Shown piece by piece: positions 8,147 to 19,328 of a DNA stretch of 58,647 nt. The stretch spans positions 1 to 58,647 of the forward strand of contig CAZZYZ010000001.1 in the NCBI GenBank assembly GCA_964658425.1, in the 5' to 3' direction. Position numbers and translations under genes: made by a program. Positions within the stretch are counted from its first letter, which is position 1; every line of letters starts with the position of its first letter. Source of the DNA: Vulcanimicrobiota bacterium. GTDB taxonomy: Bacteria > Vulcanimicrobiota > Vulcanimicrobiia > Vulcanimicrobiales > Vulcanimicrobiaceae. The notes below the pieces were generated by a model. It was not told the origin of the DNA. It did no database searches and saw nothing but the letters and a program-made list of their open reading frames with translations.

Positions 8147-8674
8147 ATGCTCGCGCGTAGGATCGGCGTCGGATCCGCCGTCGCTCTCGCCGGCGCGTTG
8201 TTGACGCACGCCGCCGTTTTCGGCATGGCACACGCGGCGGGCGGCGTTCACGCCGCGAGGCTCGACGCGATCCTCGCGGCGGCGCTCGGCCTCGTGATCT
8301 CGGGCGCGTTCTTGCGTTCCGCACTCGATCGTGCGGCGCCGTTCGCACGCCACGGGTGTACGTTGCCGCTCGCGCTCGGCCCGGGTGCGCTCGGCGCCTA
8401 CGCGCTCATCGAATGTTCCGAAGGCCGCGCCCCGCTCGCGGGCGGGATCGCCATCCTCATCGGCTGGGCGTTCGCCGCGTTCGTCGCGAGCTGCGCCGCG
8501 CGCTGCGTCGCACGGATCGCGACGCGTTCGGGAGCCGCGCTCTGCGCGCTCGCGAGCCACGTCTCGCGCGAGCGTCACGCCGCGTGGCGTACGATCCGGC
8601 GCGCCGTCACCATCGCCGTCATGGCGTTCGTCCCCGCCCGCAGCTGCGACCGAGCGCCCCCGCTCGCGAGGTAG
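8147..8674 (+). CDS. Hypothetical integral membrane protein
   Basis: In-frame ATG 8147 of track ORF 7805-8674, divergent from 7186-8067. G/C-rich third positions, 3-4 hydrophobic segments, no recognised family. Start uncertain (8087/8093 also possible). Confidence 0.4.
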   Translation: MLARRIGVGSAVALAGALLTHAAVFGMAHAAGGVHAARLDAILAAALGLVISGAFLRSALDRAAPFARHGCTLPLALGPGALGAYALIECSEGRAPLAGGIAILIGWAFAAFVASCAARCVARIATRSGAALCALASHVSRERHAAWRTIRRAVTIAVMAFVPARSCDRAPPLAR

Positions 8675-8734
8675 GTCCGGCCGCGCTCGCATTTGGTCGA
8701 GCGCTCCTCTCCTTTCTTCCGCAGGGGCATCTTC

Positions 8735-11059
8735 ATGCGTTTTCTTTCCGCGGCGTCATTCGCCGTGACGATCTCCATCGCCGCATCCGCATCCGCACCA
8801 GCGCTCGCCGATACGACGGGCGTCGTGCGCGGCACGATCACGATCTCCGGCAAGGCCGCCGCCGGCGTCCCGGTGACGCTCTCGGGCGAGGGCACGGTCT
8901 ACCACGCGACGACGGGCGCGGCCGGCCGCTTCACGTTCCTCCGCGTGCCCTACGGCCGGTACGAGATACGAGCGGTCTCGGCCGAAGGCTCGTCGTTCGG
9001 TCAATCGGTCGATCTCGCGAGCGACGCCGTCGTCGATCTGCCGATCGATCTCTCGCTCAAGCGAATCGGTCGCGTCGCGACCGTGACGACGCGCGGCGCG
9101 AGCTCGCAGCCCGTCGCCGTCAACTCGCTCGATCGCGCGCAGATCGCGGCCGCACCGGAAGATCAGAGCCTCAATCGACTCGTCGAGACGCTGCCCGGCA
9201 TCGTTCGCTTCTCGTATAACGAACCGGTCGCGCACGGGTTCCACGGCCTCTCCTACGAGCTCGACGGGATTCCGCTCCCGCAGAGCACCGCCTCGAATTT
9301 CAGCGAGGTGATCGATCCGCGATCGATCGATTCGCTCGAAGTCTTCACAGGCGCGTTTCCGGCGGAGTTCGGCGGCTCGCGGCAGGGCGCGGTCGTCAAC
9401 ATCATCAGCCATCGCGCCGACCTCGGCGCGCCCGAGGACGGCGCGTTCACGGCGGGCTTCGGCAGCTACGGCGAGCTCCAGAGCTCGGTCGCCGAATCGT
9501 TCACCGCGGGCAAGACGCGCGTGTTCTTCAACGCGAACGAAGAGCGCTCGAATCGTGGGATCGATTCGCCGACCTATCTGCCGCAGCACGACAATTCGAA
9601 TGCCAGCAATCAGTTTTTGCGCACGATCACGAACGTCGGGAAGAACGATACGCTCGGCTTCGACGCCTCCAACAACGACTCGACGTTCGAGATCCCGATC
9701 AATACGAATCCGAACGATCCGAACGATCCGATCACCTCGGTCCCGGGCACGAGCGACGTCCAGCGCGAGCACGATTCGTTCTTCACGCTCGCCTATACGC
9801 ACAACGCGGCGAACGGCACCGCATACACGCAGATCGCGCCCTATTATAAGTACGATCGCATCGTGTACGACGGCGACCTCGCGCGAGACGTCCTCGCGAC
9901 GACGGGCGGGATGCCGAACGCGAACGCGGGCCTGCGGCAAGATCGGCATTCGACGTTTACCGGCGTGCGGCTCACGCAGTTCGATACGTTCGGCGCGCAT
10001 GCGGTCAAGGCCGGGATCGACGCGGACCTCGAGAATTTCGTCGGAAACGAGCAGATCGCGTATTTCCCCGCACCGCCCAACGGCGCGCCGCCGAGCACGG
10101 CGGTCGCGAACTTCTTCGATAATCAAGCGCAGCGGGGGACGAATTTCGGTGCGTACGTCGAGGACAAGTGGACGCCGATCAACGCGCTCTCGATTCGGGC
10201 CGGGTTGCGCTACGATCACTCGACGGGCTACACGAGCGGCGGCCAGCTCAGCCCCCGGTTCGAGATCAACGGCGCGGCGAGCAAGAACGACGTGCTCCAC
10301 TTCTATTTCGGCCGGCTCTACGCGGCGCCGTTCTTAGAAGATACGCGCGCCGCGGCGGTCGTCGTCGGCGGGGTGCAGGGGCCCGCGCCGATCTACGACC
10401 TCAAACCCGAGCGCGACTCCTATTACGAGTTCGGGATCGCGCACACGATCTCGCCGAACGCGCGGATCACGCTCGACGCCTGGAAGCGCAACGTGCAGAA
10501 CGTGCTCGATACGACCCAGCTCGCGAACACGCCGATCTTCGCCGTCTACAACAACTCGGTCGGGATCGCGAAGGGGATCGACGCCCGGATCGATTCCCGG
10601 TACCGCAACGGCGATACGCTCTTCGTCTCGGCGGCGCTCTCGCAATCGCTCGCCGGCGGAATCTCGGGCGGGACGTTTCTCTTCCCGCCCGCCTCCGGCA
10701 CCGACCCGACCGACGTGACGCTCAATCCCGAAGATCACGATCAGACGCTCTCCGCCACGCTCGGGTACACGAAGCGCCTCGGCCGCGATCGCAGCTACTT
10801 CGCGACGATCGAACCGGAGTACGGAACGGGCTACCCCGTGAACTTCCAAAACGGCGCGACTCGGTTGCCGCCGCATCTCACGGCGAACGCTTCGTTCGGT
10901 CGGGAGGCCGGCCGCGGAGCGACGCGGCGGATCGGCTTCAAAGCCGACTTCCAGAACTTCACGAACACCGCATACATCCTCAAGATCGCCAACGGCTTCA
11001 ACACGACGCAGTGGGGAGAGGGCTTCCAAGCGGATCTCCGGATCACCGCACCGTTCTGA
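8735..11059 (+). CDS. TonB-dependent outer-membrane receptor with N-terminal carboxypeptidase-regulatory-like domain
   Basis: ATG 8735 (MRFLSAASFAVTISIAASASAPALA signal peptide) of track ORF 8693-11059. CarboxypepD_reg-like GRFTFLRVPYGRYEI. Plug-like region (LVETLPGIV...). Beta-barrel with C-terminal aromatic residue (..LRITAPF). Confidence 0.85.
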   Translation: MRFLSAASFAVTISIAASASAPALADTTGVVRGTITISGKAAAGVPVTLSGEGTVYHATTGAAGRFTFLRVPYGRYEIRAVSAEGSSFGQSVDLASDAVVDLPIDLSLKRIGRVATVTTRGASSQPVAVNSLDRAQIAAAPEDQSLNRLVETLPGIVRFSYNEPVAHGFHGLSYELDGIPLPQSTASNFSEVIDPRSIDSLEVFTGAFPAEFGGSRQGAVVNIISHRADLGAPEDGAFTAGFGSYGELQSSVAESFTAGKTRVFFNANEERSNRGIDSPTYLPQHDNSNASNQFLRTITNVGKNDTLGFDASNNDSTFEIPINTNPNDPNDPITSVPGTSDVQREHDSFFTLAYTHNAANGTAYTQIAPYYKYDRIVYDGDLARDVLATTGGMPNANAGLRQDRHSTFTGVRLTQFDTFGAHAVKAGIDADLENFVGNEQIAYFPAPPNGAPPSTAVANFFDNQAQRGTNFGAYVEDKWTPINALSIRAGLRYDHSTGYTSGGQLSPRFEINGAASKNDVLHFYFGRLYAAPFLEDTRAAAVVVGGVQGPAPIYDLKPERDSYYEFGIAHTISPNARITLDAWKRNVQNVLDTTQLANTPIFAVYNNSVGIAKGIDARIDSRYRNGDTLFVSAALSQSLAGGISGGTFLFPPASGTDPTDVTLNPEDHDQTLSATLGYTKRLGRDRSYFATIEPEYGTGYPVNFQNGATRLPPHLTANASFGREAGRGATRRIGFKADFQNFTNTAYILKIANGFNTTQWGEGFQADLRITAPF

Positions 11060-11291
11060 GCCCGCTCGAGGCGCGTGCCCCCGAAATCGGGCTCGCGGGC
11101 CGGTCGTTCGGTCGCGATCGTACCGGGGCGAGGCCGTCGTTCGCCGGACCTCGCCCCACGCGAAGGCAGCGTCCGGTCCGGGCGGCGGGACGCGAGGGCT
11201 TCCGGGATTCCTGCAAGGGACGCCTCGGACGGCTTCGAACACAGCCCGCCCCCGCCCGGCACCCCATGCCGCGTCCCTCCCGAGAAGGCTC

Positions 11292-11843
11292 ATGCGACCC
11301 ACTGCCGAGACCCGTATCCCGAGCGAACCCTCCGATGCCGTCGGGCTCGTGATCGCGCTTTTGGTACGGTATCCGCAACTCGCGACGCTCGTCTCGCACC
11401 CGAACGACCGTACGCTCACGCTCTCGTTCGCCGTTCGCGCCCGCCTCGGCAGCGACGTCGTGCGCGCGCTGCGCGACACGATCGTCGAACACGTTCGCGC
11501 GCTCGGTAGCTTCTCGGGCGAGACGCCGACCACGATTCGCATCGCGTCGGAGACGGACGGGGGCGTCGGGTTCGTGCGCGTGACGCGCGATGCCGCGACG
11601 TTCGTGCCGCAAGAACTCGGGCTGCTCGTCGCTCTCTTCACCGCGCGATTCGGCGACGCGCTCGTCGTCAGCACCACGGCCGACGAGGACGCCCTCGAAG
11701 ACGACGACGATCTCGTCGCCTACACGCTCGACGCGCTGCGCGATCCCTCGCAGAAGCGCAGCCTCGTCGGCTTCCGCGAAGAGAAGCGGGTCTTCGTTTA
11801 CTTCGCTCGCGATCGGAAGAAGAAGGCGCGGCCGCGCGCGTGA
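11292..11843 (+). CDS. Conserved hypothetical cytoplasmic protein
   Basis: 183-aa ORF with coding-type codon bias and a GAAGG RBS. Its stop overlaps the GTG start of the PHP gene (GTGA). No family recognised. Confidence 0.6.
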   Translation: MRPTAETRIPSEPSDAVGLVIALLVRYPQLATLVSHPNDRTLTLSFAVRARLGSDVVRALRDTIVEHVRALGSFSGETPTTIRIASETDGGVGFVRVTRDAATFVPQELGLLVALFTARFGDALVVSTTADEDALEDDDDLVAYTLDALRDPSQKRSLVGFREEKRVFVYFARDRKKKARPRA

Positions 11844-12646
11844 TCGTCGACTTCCATTCCCACACGCTAGAGAGCGACGGCACGTTCGCGCCCTCGGAGC
11901 TCGCGGCGGCGATGCGCGCCCGGGGCGTCGAGATCTTCTCGATCACCGATCACGACACGCTCGGCGCGTACGCGAGATTCGAGCCGGCTCCGGGCCAGCG
12001 CATCGTGCCCGGCGTCGAGATCAACACGACGTATCGCGGCAACGAGGTGCACGTGCTCGGATACGGATTCCCGCTCGACAGCGAGCCCGTGCTCTCCGCG
12101 CTGGCGTTCAACCGCTCGGAGCGCGAACGCCGCGCGAAAACGATGGCCGAGCAGTTGACCGCGAGCGGTTACGCGATCACGTACGAGGACGTTCGTGCCG
12201 AGACCGAGAGCGAGCGCACGACGCTCGGCCGGCCGCACGTCGCGCGGGCGCTCGTGCGCAAACATTACGTGCGCGATATCGACGTCGCGTTCCGCGATCT
12301 GCTGACGCGCGGCAAGCCGGGCTACGTCGAGCAACGGTACGTGCGGCCGCAGCAAGCGGTCGAGCTCATCAACGCGGCGGGCGGGGTGAGCGTCCTCGCG
12401 CATCCATGCCGCCTCAAGGATGAGGCGATCATCGAGGAGCTCGCCGAGGTCGGCCTGCAAGGGCTCGAGACGTTCTACCCGCGCCACGATCCGTCGCAGG
12501 TCTCGCACTATCGCGGGATCGCCGCGCGCCTGGGGCTCGTCATGACCGCGGGCTCCGATTTTCACGATGCGACGTACAACGCGCGCGGCGTCGGGATGGA
12601 CGTCGAACGCGCCGACCTCGCCCCGTTCTTCGATCTCGTCCTTTAA
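11840..12646 (+). CDS. PHP-domain metal-dependent phosphoesterase (TrpH/YciV-like)
   Basis: 268-aa ORF. N-terminal DFHSHTLESDG and ITDHDT motifs, C-terminal GSDFH. Confidence 0.9.
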   Translation: MIVDFHSHTLESDGTFAPSELAAAMRARGVEIFSITDHDTLGAYARFEPAPGQRIVPGVEINTTYRGNEVHVLGYGFPLDSEPVLSALAFNRSERERRAKTMAEQLTASGYAITYEDVRAETESERTTLGRPHVARALVRKHYVRDIDVAFRDLLTRGKPGYVEQRYVRPQQAVELINAAGGVSVLAHPCRLKDEAIIEELAEVGLQGLETFYPRHDPSQVSHYRGIAARLGLVMTAGSDFHDATYNARGVGMDVERADLAPFFDLVL

Positions 12647-12681
12647 CTCGAACCTCGTCCTCCCGGAGGACGTGGTTCGAG
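12647..12681. terminator. 35-nt near-perfect inverted repeat between convergent genes (bidirectional terminator-like hairpin, no U-tract)
   Basis: ctcgaacctcgtcctc-ccg-gaggacgtggttcgag: 15 of 16 positions pair, with a 3-nt loop. It starts directly after the PHP stop (12644-12646) and ends 12 nt before the stop of the ferritin-like gene. Confidence 0.5.
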
Positions 12682-12692
12682 ATGTTGCCGAC

Positions 12693-13226
12693 CTAGAGGA
12701 CGACGAGACCGCCCGGGTATGCCGGTCCCTTCGCGAGCGCTTCGGAGAGGAGCGCGACGTGCGTCGTCTCGACGCCGATGATCGAGCCCGAGCGTAACGC
12801 GTAGTCGCGATCTTTAAAGGTACCGACGGCGCCGAGATGCGCGAACGCGAGCGTCCGCTCGATGCCGAGCAGATACGAGAGATACTCGCCGTCGGTGTGT
12901 GCGGTCGTCACGGGGATCGGCGCGAGATCGTTGCCCGGGGCGATCCCCGCGGTCGTGTAGGCGGTCAGAATCGTATCGCGATGCGTCGAGTGATCGGCGA
13001 GGAAGCCCTGAAGGACCGCCGCAACCGGCTTCGAGAGCACGTTCGCGGCGAGGGCGTCCGTGTAGATCTTGATCGCCGCGAGTTCGAGGCCGAGGTTCGC
13101 AGCGAGCGTCTTGAGATCGTCGCCATCGACGCGCGCGGCCGCGCGTGCGGAATCCGAGAGGAGCGATGCGCCGAGGCCGAGCGCGCAGGTCGCGCCGAGG
13201 ATGTTCGCGCGTGAAATCGATGACAT
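12693..13226 (-). CDS. Exported ferritin-like domain protein
   Basis: Internal ATG 13226 (MSSISRANILGATCALGLGASLLSDSARA) of track ORF 12693-13424. Four-helix ferritin-like pattern (LELAAIKIYT..., FLADHSTHRD, ERTLAFAHLG, GVETTHVALL). Confidence 0.7.
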   Translation of the reverse strand: MSSISRANILGATCALGLGASLLSDSARAAARVDGDDLKTLAANLGLELAAIKIYTDALAANVLSKPVAAVLQGFLADHSTHRDTILTAYTTAGIAPGNDLAPIPVTTAHTDGEYLSYLLGIERTLAFAHLGAVGTFKDRDYALRSGSIIGVETTHVALLSEALAKGPAYPGGLVVL

Positions 13227-13303
13227 ATCGTGACTCTGTGGCGCCGGGTGCGAACGGTCCTTTCGAGCGGGCCGCGCCACATGCGGACGCAAAGACGGCT
13301 TCG

Positions 13304-13558
13304 ATGAGACGTGGCCTTCGTTCATACGCGTTCGCGGCCGCCGTCGCGTGCGTCGCGCTCGCGGCCCTCGCCGCCGTGGCGAACGCGGATCCGACGCCGT
13401 TCGCGTTCCCGACGGCGACCGCACCGCCGACGCATCAGGCGCAGACGGCGCGCGTCCAGTTGCTCGATGCGATCGTGTTTCTCATCGGTGCGTCGCTGCT
13501 CGGAAGCGCGCTCTTTTGGTGGGGCAAGCGCATCTTCGCGAGCGACGACCGAGGGTGA
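13304..13558 (+). CDS. Small exported/membrane-anchored hypothetical protein (84 aa)
   Basis: In-frame ATG 13304 of track ORF 13145-13558. Signal peptide plus a C-terminal TM (LLDAIVFLIGASLLGSALFWW). The stop overlaps the GTG start of the P450 (GTGA). Confidence 0.45.
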   Translation: MRRGLRSYAFAAAVACVALAALAAVANADPTPFAFPTATAPPTHQAQTARVQLLDAIVFLIGASLLGSALFWWGKRIFASDDRG

Positions 13559-14886
13559 TCGCGCGAAGCCGCGACGAAATTCCGACGCTCTCGGGATTCG
13601 TGCTGCGCGGGACGCCGTACGCCGACCTGCCGGAGTTCCTGCGCACGACCGCCGCCGAGCGCGGGCCGATCGTGCGCTTCCACTTTCCGTGGACCGATCT
13701 TTATCTCGTCAACGATCCGGCGACGATCGAGCGCGTGCTCGTCTCCGATGCGACGTCGTTTCGAAAGGGCCGCGGCACGCGGCGCCTGCGCCGGTTGCTC
13801 GGCAACGGGCTGCTGACGGCGGAGCGGCCCGACCATCTGCCGCATCGCCGGCTCGTGCAGCCCGCCTTCGCGCGGGCGCGCTTCGCGGCGTACGCGGAGG
13901 TGATGGTCTCGGCGACGCGCGCGTGCGTCGATCGCTGGCGCGACGGGGAGACGATCGATCTCGAACGCGAGACGAGCGGGCTCGCGCTCGAGATCGTGGC
14001 GCGAACGCTCTTCGGGACGACGCTACGCGCGCAAACGGACGCCATCTCGCACGCGCTCGACGAAGCGCTCGCGACGTTCCCGGCATCGATGCTGCCGCTC
14101 AGCGAACTCTGGGACGCGCTGCCTTTGCCGATGGTGTTGCGATTCAAGCGCGCGAAGCGGAGCCTCGACGCCGTCGTCGCCGCGCTCATCGCCGAGCATC
14201 GCGCCGGCGGCGGCGGTGAGGGCGACGTGCTCTCGCTGCTGCTCGCCTCGGCGGATCCGGCGGCCGGAGACGAGCCGGTGCGCGACGAGGTCCTCACGCT
14301 GCTGCTCGCCGGCCACGAGACGGTTGCGAACGCGCTCGCCTGGACGCTCCTCTCGCTCGGCCGTGCTCCGGGCGCGGCCGCCGCCGTGCAGGCCGAGGTC
14401 GATGCCGTGCTCGGCGAGCGGCTGCCGTCGCACGACGACGCGGCACGGTTGCCGCAGGTTCGCGCCGCGCTCGCCGAGGGTCTGCGGCTCTTTCCGCCGG
14501 CTTGGATCACGGGCCGGTCGGCGCTCCGACCGCTCCGCGTCGGCCCGCTATCGCTGCGGCGCGGCGATACGATCCTCGTCTCGCAGTACGTCACGCAGCG
14601 CGATGCGCGCTATTTCCCGGACCCGCTGCGCTTCGATCCGGCGCGATTCGCTCCGGGCGCTCCCGCGGTGCCGCGCTTCGCGTACTTTCCGTTCGGCGCG
14701 GGGACGCGCGTCTGCATCGGTGAGGCGTTCGCGATGCTCGAGGGGACCCTCGCACTCGCGACGATCGTCCAGCGCCTGACGCTCGAGCCGGAAGCGGCGC
14801 CCTTGCCGGCACTGCAGCCGTACGTTACCCTGCGGCCGATCGGCCCCGTGCGCGCGCGCGTTCGGTCGCGAAAGCGCGACGTTTAG
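13555..14886 (+). CDS. Cytochrome P450 monooxygenase
   Basis: GTG 13555 in track ORF 13348-14886. I-helix LLAGHETV, ExxR, and heme-binding FPFGAGTRVCIGEAFA. Confidence 0.9.
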   Translation: MIARSRDEIPTLSGFVLRGTPYADLPEFLRTTAAERGPIVRFHFPWTDLYLVNDPATIERVLVSDATSFRKGRGTRRLRRLLGNGLLTAERPDHLPHRRLVQPAFARARFAAYAEVMVSATRACVDRWRDGETIDLERETSGLALEIVARTLFGTTLRAQTDAISHALDEALATFPASMLPLSELWDALPLPMVLRFKRAKRSLDAVVAALIAEHRAGGGGEGDVLSLLLASADPAAGDEPVRDEVLTLLLAGHETVANALAWTLLSLGRAPGAAAAVQAEVDAVLGERLPSHDDAARLPQVRAALAEGLRLFPPAWITGRSALRPLRVGPLSLRRGDTILVSQYVTQRDARYFPDPLRFDPARFAPGAPAVPRFAYFPFGAGTRVCIGEAFAMLEGTLALATIVQRLTLEPEAAPLPALQPYVTLRPIGPVRARVRSRKRDV

Positions 14887-14903
14887 GGTAATCGAGGTGT
14901 TAG

Positions 14904-16265
<1,362 letters not shown>

Positions 16266-16293
16266 CGGACGACCCGCTGCCTTCGAACGCCGG

Positions 16294-16368
16294 CGATACG
16301 CGCGTCCCATCCACGAAGCTTCGCGCCTCGTGGATGAGTCGCGTATCGTCGGCACTTCTTTTTTTCTT
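16294..16368 (+). terminator. Compound hairpin followed by a T-run downstream of ahcY (intrinsic terminator candidate)
   Basis: Outer stem cgatacgcg (16294-16302) / cgcgtatcg (16340-16348). Inner stem ccacga (16311-16316) / tcgtgg (16328-16333). Followed by cttctttttttcttc (about 16355-16369). Confidence 0.45.
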
Positions 16369-16388
16369 CGCTGCGTCGTACGGTTCGT

Positions 16389-16404
16389 GCTCGCTCGAGC
16401 GAGC
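16389..16404 (+). promoter_or_regulatory. Perfect 16-nt palindrome in the metK leader (function unknown)
   Basis: gctcgctcgagcgagc, 26 nt upstream of the metK ATG and 15 nt upstream of the AGGAG RBS. Confidence 0.25.
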
Positions 16405-16429
16405 GGCGCCGAGTTTTAGGAGTTAACCA

Positions 16430-17653
16430 ATGGCCTATCGCAGGCTTTTCACGTCGGAATCGGTGACCGAGGGCCATCCCGATAAGATCGCGGATCAGAT
16501 TTCGGATGCCGTTCTCGATGCCATCCTCACGGACGATCCGCTCGGCCGCGTCGCGTGCGAGACGTTCGTCATCACGGGTCAGGTCCACATCGCGGGCGAG
16601 ATTACGACGAAGACCTATGCCGACATCCCGAAGATCGTCCGCTCGACGATCGCGGACATCGGCTACAATCATTCGACCGTCGGCTTCGATGCCGCGACGT
16701 GCGGCGTCTCGGTCTCGATCGACGAGCAATCGGCCGATATCGCGATGGGCGTCGACGCGTCGCTCGAGACGCGCGGCGGGAACGCCGATCCGTTCGAGAC
16801 GACGGGCGCGGGCGATCAGGGGATGATGTTCGGCTACGCGTGTCGCGAGACGGACGAACTCATGCCGCTTCCGATCGTGCTCGCGCACAATCTCACGCGC
16901 GAGCTCGCGAAGCAGCGGAAGAATCAGTCGATCTCGTGGTTGCGGCCCGATGCGAAATCGCAGGTCACGGTCGAGTACGACGGCCAGCGTCCCGCGCGCG
17001 TCGATGCCGTCGTCATCTCGACGCAGCACGATCCCGACGTCTCGATGGAAGAGATCCGCAAGACGATCGCGGAGCGAATCATCGTCCCGACGATCCCGGG
17101 TGCGCTCTTCGATACGAATACGCGCATCTTCGTGAATCCGACGGGCCGCTTCGTCATCGGCGGTCCGATGGGCGACGCCGGCCTGACCGGCCGGAAGATC
17201 ATCGCCGATACGTACGGCGGCATGGCGCGTCACGGCGGCGGCGCATTCTCGGGCAAGGATCCGACGAAGGTCGATCGGTCGGCGGCCTACGCCGCGCGAC
17301 ACGTCGCGAAGAACGTCGTCGCGGCCGGCCTCGCGGACCGTTGCGAAGTGCAGGTCGCCTATGCGATCGGCGTCGCGCAGCCGGTGAGCGTCCTCGTCGA
17401 GACGTTCGGTACCGGGAGGCTCGCCGAAGAGAAGATCGCCGAACTCGTGCAGCAGCATTTCGATCTGCGGCCCGCGGCGATCATCGCAAACCTCGATTTG
17501 CGCCGCCCGATCTACCGCCAGACCGCGGCCTACGGCCACTTCGGCCGCCCCGATCTCGATCTGCCGTGGGAGCGGACCGACAAGGCCGACGCCTTGCGCG
17601 CGGCAGCCGGCCTCGGCAACGCCGACCGCGAGCTCAGCGCCGCGCGGGCGTAA
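16430..17653 (+). CDS. metK: S-adenosylmethionine synthetase
   Basis: 407-aa [28 protein letters not shown] and GGGAFSGKD signatures. Confidence 0.97.
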   Translation: MAYRRLFTSESVTEGHPDKIADQISDAVLDAILTDDPLGRVACETFVITGQVHIAGEITTKTYADIPKIVRSTIADIGYNHSTVGFDAATCGVSVSIDEQSADIAMGVDASLETRGGNADPFETTGAGDQGMMFGYACRETDELMPLPIVLAHNLTRELAKQRKNQSISWLRPDAKSQVTVEYDGQRPARVDAVVISTQHDPDVSMEEIRKTIAERIIVPTIPGALFDTNTRIFVNPTGRFVIGGPMGDAGLTGRKIIADTYGGMARHGGGAFSGKDPTKVDRSAAYAARHVAKNVVAAGLADRCEVQVAYAIGVAQPVSVLVETFGTGRLAEEKIAELVQQHFDLRPAAIIANLDLRRPIYRQTAAYGHFGRPDLDLPWERTDKADALRAAAGLGNADRELSAARA

Positions 17654-17676
17654 CGTTCGAGCGCGGCCTCGTACAA

Positions 17677-17710
17677 AGAGCCGTCGATGCGATATCGGCG
17701 GCTCTTTTTC
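17677..17710 (+). terminator. Rho-independent terminator of metK
   Basis: 11-bp stem agagccgtcga / tcggcggctct (one G.U), loop tgcgata, followed by ttttc. Confidence 0.7.
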
Positions 17711-17754
17711 GAATAGGGGCGGCTTGCCCGTAGCGTTTTGCCGGTGCGGGAAAA

Positions 17755-18897
17755 TTACGACGCGTCGGCGCTCGTGACGATCTGACGGATCGGGTCGCGG
17801 TGGATCGCTTGCACGTACTCGAGGACGATGCGGATCGCGCCAGCGATCGGGACCGCGACGAGCATTCCGATGAGCCCAAACGCCTCGCCCCCTGCGACGA
17901 CCGCGAAGATGACGACGAGCGGCGAGATTCGCATCGCTCGGCTGACGATGCGCGGCGAGATGAAGTTGCCCTCGATCTGATACATCACCGCGAAGCCGAT
18001 CGACGCGGCGGCGGCGTCGGCCACGCCGTTCGTCAGCAGCGCGATCGCGACGCCCGGGATCGCGCCCGCGGCGGCGCCGAGATACGGGACGAGATCGAGG
18101 ATGCCCGCCCAGATCCCGATCAGGAGCGCGTAGGGAACGCGGAGCACGAGCAAGAGGATCGTCGTCATGATCCCGACCGTGAGCGCGACGAGGACCTGGC
18201 CGCGGACGAAGCCGCCGACGACTTCGTCGAGCGCGCGGATCAGCGTCCGCGTTCCTTCGCGCCGGTCGGCCGGCAGCGCGGCGAGCAGGTACGCTTGGAT
18301 CGGTACCGCTTCGTAGATCATGTATGCGGCGACGACCGGGATCGCGATGAAGAGCGCGACGATCGTGACGGCCGAGAGCAGCGCGGGGACGACGTTATCG
18401 CTGACGAGATGAGCGTTCGCCTGAACGTACGTCGCGACGCCGAGCGGGACGGTGCTGAGCGATTGCGCCATCGCGGGGGGCAGATGCGCCGCAAACGCCG
18501 AGGTATCGAGGAAGCGTTGGAGTTCGCGTTCGAGCGCCGGAACGGAAGCCGCGATCGCTTCGAGATCGGAGAGCGCGATCGGTACGACATACCAGAGCGT
18601 CGCTCCGGCGGCGATCGCGAACGCGCCGTACATGATCGCGATCGCGGCCCAGAGTGGCATGTGCGCGCGCAGCCAGCGGACCGCCGGGTAGATGAGGTAC
18701 GCGACGAATACGCCGCCGACGCAGACCGAGACGGCGAAGGCGACGTGCGAGAGATACATCCCGACCCGCTCGACGATCAGCCACACGAGCACGATCACAC
18801 CGAGCGTCTTCAGCCAGCTTCCGACGCGCTGCTCGTACGAAACCCGCGCGGGCGACGCGGGCTCGTAGGGCGGCCGCTGACCTCGCGGCTGGATCAT
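17755..18897 (-). CDS. AI-2E family transporter (PerM/UPF0118 permease)
   Basis: Internal ATG 18897 (MIQPRGQRPP...) of track ORF 17755-18966. About 8 TM segments and the characteristic C-terminal region (LDLVPYLG, QIEGNFISPRI). Confidence 0.85.
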   Translation of the reverse strand: MIQPRGQRPPYEPASPARVSYEQRVGSWLKTLGVIVLVWLIVERVGMYLSHVAFAVSVCVGGVFVAYLIYPAVRWLRAHMPLWAAIAIMYGAFAIAAGATLWYVVPIALSDLEAIAASVPALERELQRFLDTSAFAAHLPPAMAQSLSTVPLGVATYVQANAHLVSDNVVPALLSAVTIVALFIAIPVVAAYMIYEAVPIQAYLLAALPADRREGTRTLIRALDEVVGGFVRGQVLVALTVGIMTTILLLVLRVPYALLIGIWAGILDLVPYLGAAAGAIPGVAIALLTNGVADAAAASIGFAVMYQIEGNFISPRIVSRAMRISPLVVIFAVVAGGEAFGLIGMLVAVPIAGAIRIVLEYVQAIHRDPIRQIVTSADAS

Positions 18898-19091
18898 CTC
18901 GAAGCCGCCGCTCTCCGAAGTGGCCGACCGTCGATCGCCCTCCGACGTTCTCCGCGCATGTCCCAAGGATACCTCCGACGGGGGGAGATCGCCTAGGCTT
19001 TCCGAGCCGCGAAGGGGTACGACGGTGGCGCGTACGCGAAAGGGAGGCGGATGCGTGCGTGGAAGCGTTCGCGTCGCGATAACAGCGCCGG

Positions 19092-19167
19092 TCCCGAATA
19101 GCTCAGTTGGTAGAGCAGCTGACTGTTAATCAGCGGGTCTCTGGTTCGAGTCCAGATTCGGGAGCCA
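19092..19167 (+). tRNA. trnN: tRNA-Asn(GTT), CCA encoded
   Basis: 76-nt canonical cloverleaf. Acceptor tcccgaa/ttcggga, D gctc/gagc, anticodon stem gctga/tcagc with loop ctGTTaa, T-arm tctgg-ttcgagt-ccaga, discriminator g, CCA. Confidence 0.95.
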
Positions 19168-19174
19168 TTCGAAA

Positions 19175-19200
19175 CCCTCGCCATGCGGGGGTTTTTTTTT
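19175..19200 (+). terminator. Rho-independent terminator after tRNA-Asn
   Basis: ccctcgc-cat-gcggggg hairpin (one mismatch) followed by a run of nine T. Confidence 0.7.
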
Positions 19201-19328
19201 CGCCGTATGTGCCGCCTCGGAAAACCTCGCCGCTAGCCTGTAATTTCCGTCGTGGCGTTTGCTTGCGGGCTTGCAAAAACTCGCGCTCATGATATGCGGC
19301 CTCGGAGCGAGCCTCGCACGTGTAGAGC

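Noticed and set aside
11060-11291. Long GC-rich spacer after the TonB-dependent receptor gene, considered as a possible sRNA or riboswitch
   Set aside because: Only generic GC hairpins are visible (for example 11060-11100 and ggggcgagg/cctcgcccc at 11125-11157), with no U-tract and no recognisable motif. They are most simply terminator-like structures plus the promoter of 11292.
16266-16429. Possible SAM-class riboswitch (SAM-I/II/IV or SAM-SAH) upstream of metK
   Set aside because: There is no match to the remembered consensus cores. The structure present is better explained as the ahcY terminator plus a simple palindrome.
19092-19328. tRNA-Asn as an integration site for a genomic island
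   Set aside because: There is no integrase. I could not spot a direct repeat of the tRNA 3' end downstream. The neighbouring genes have the same composition as the rest of the window.
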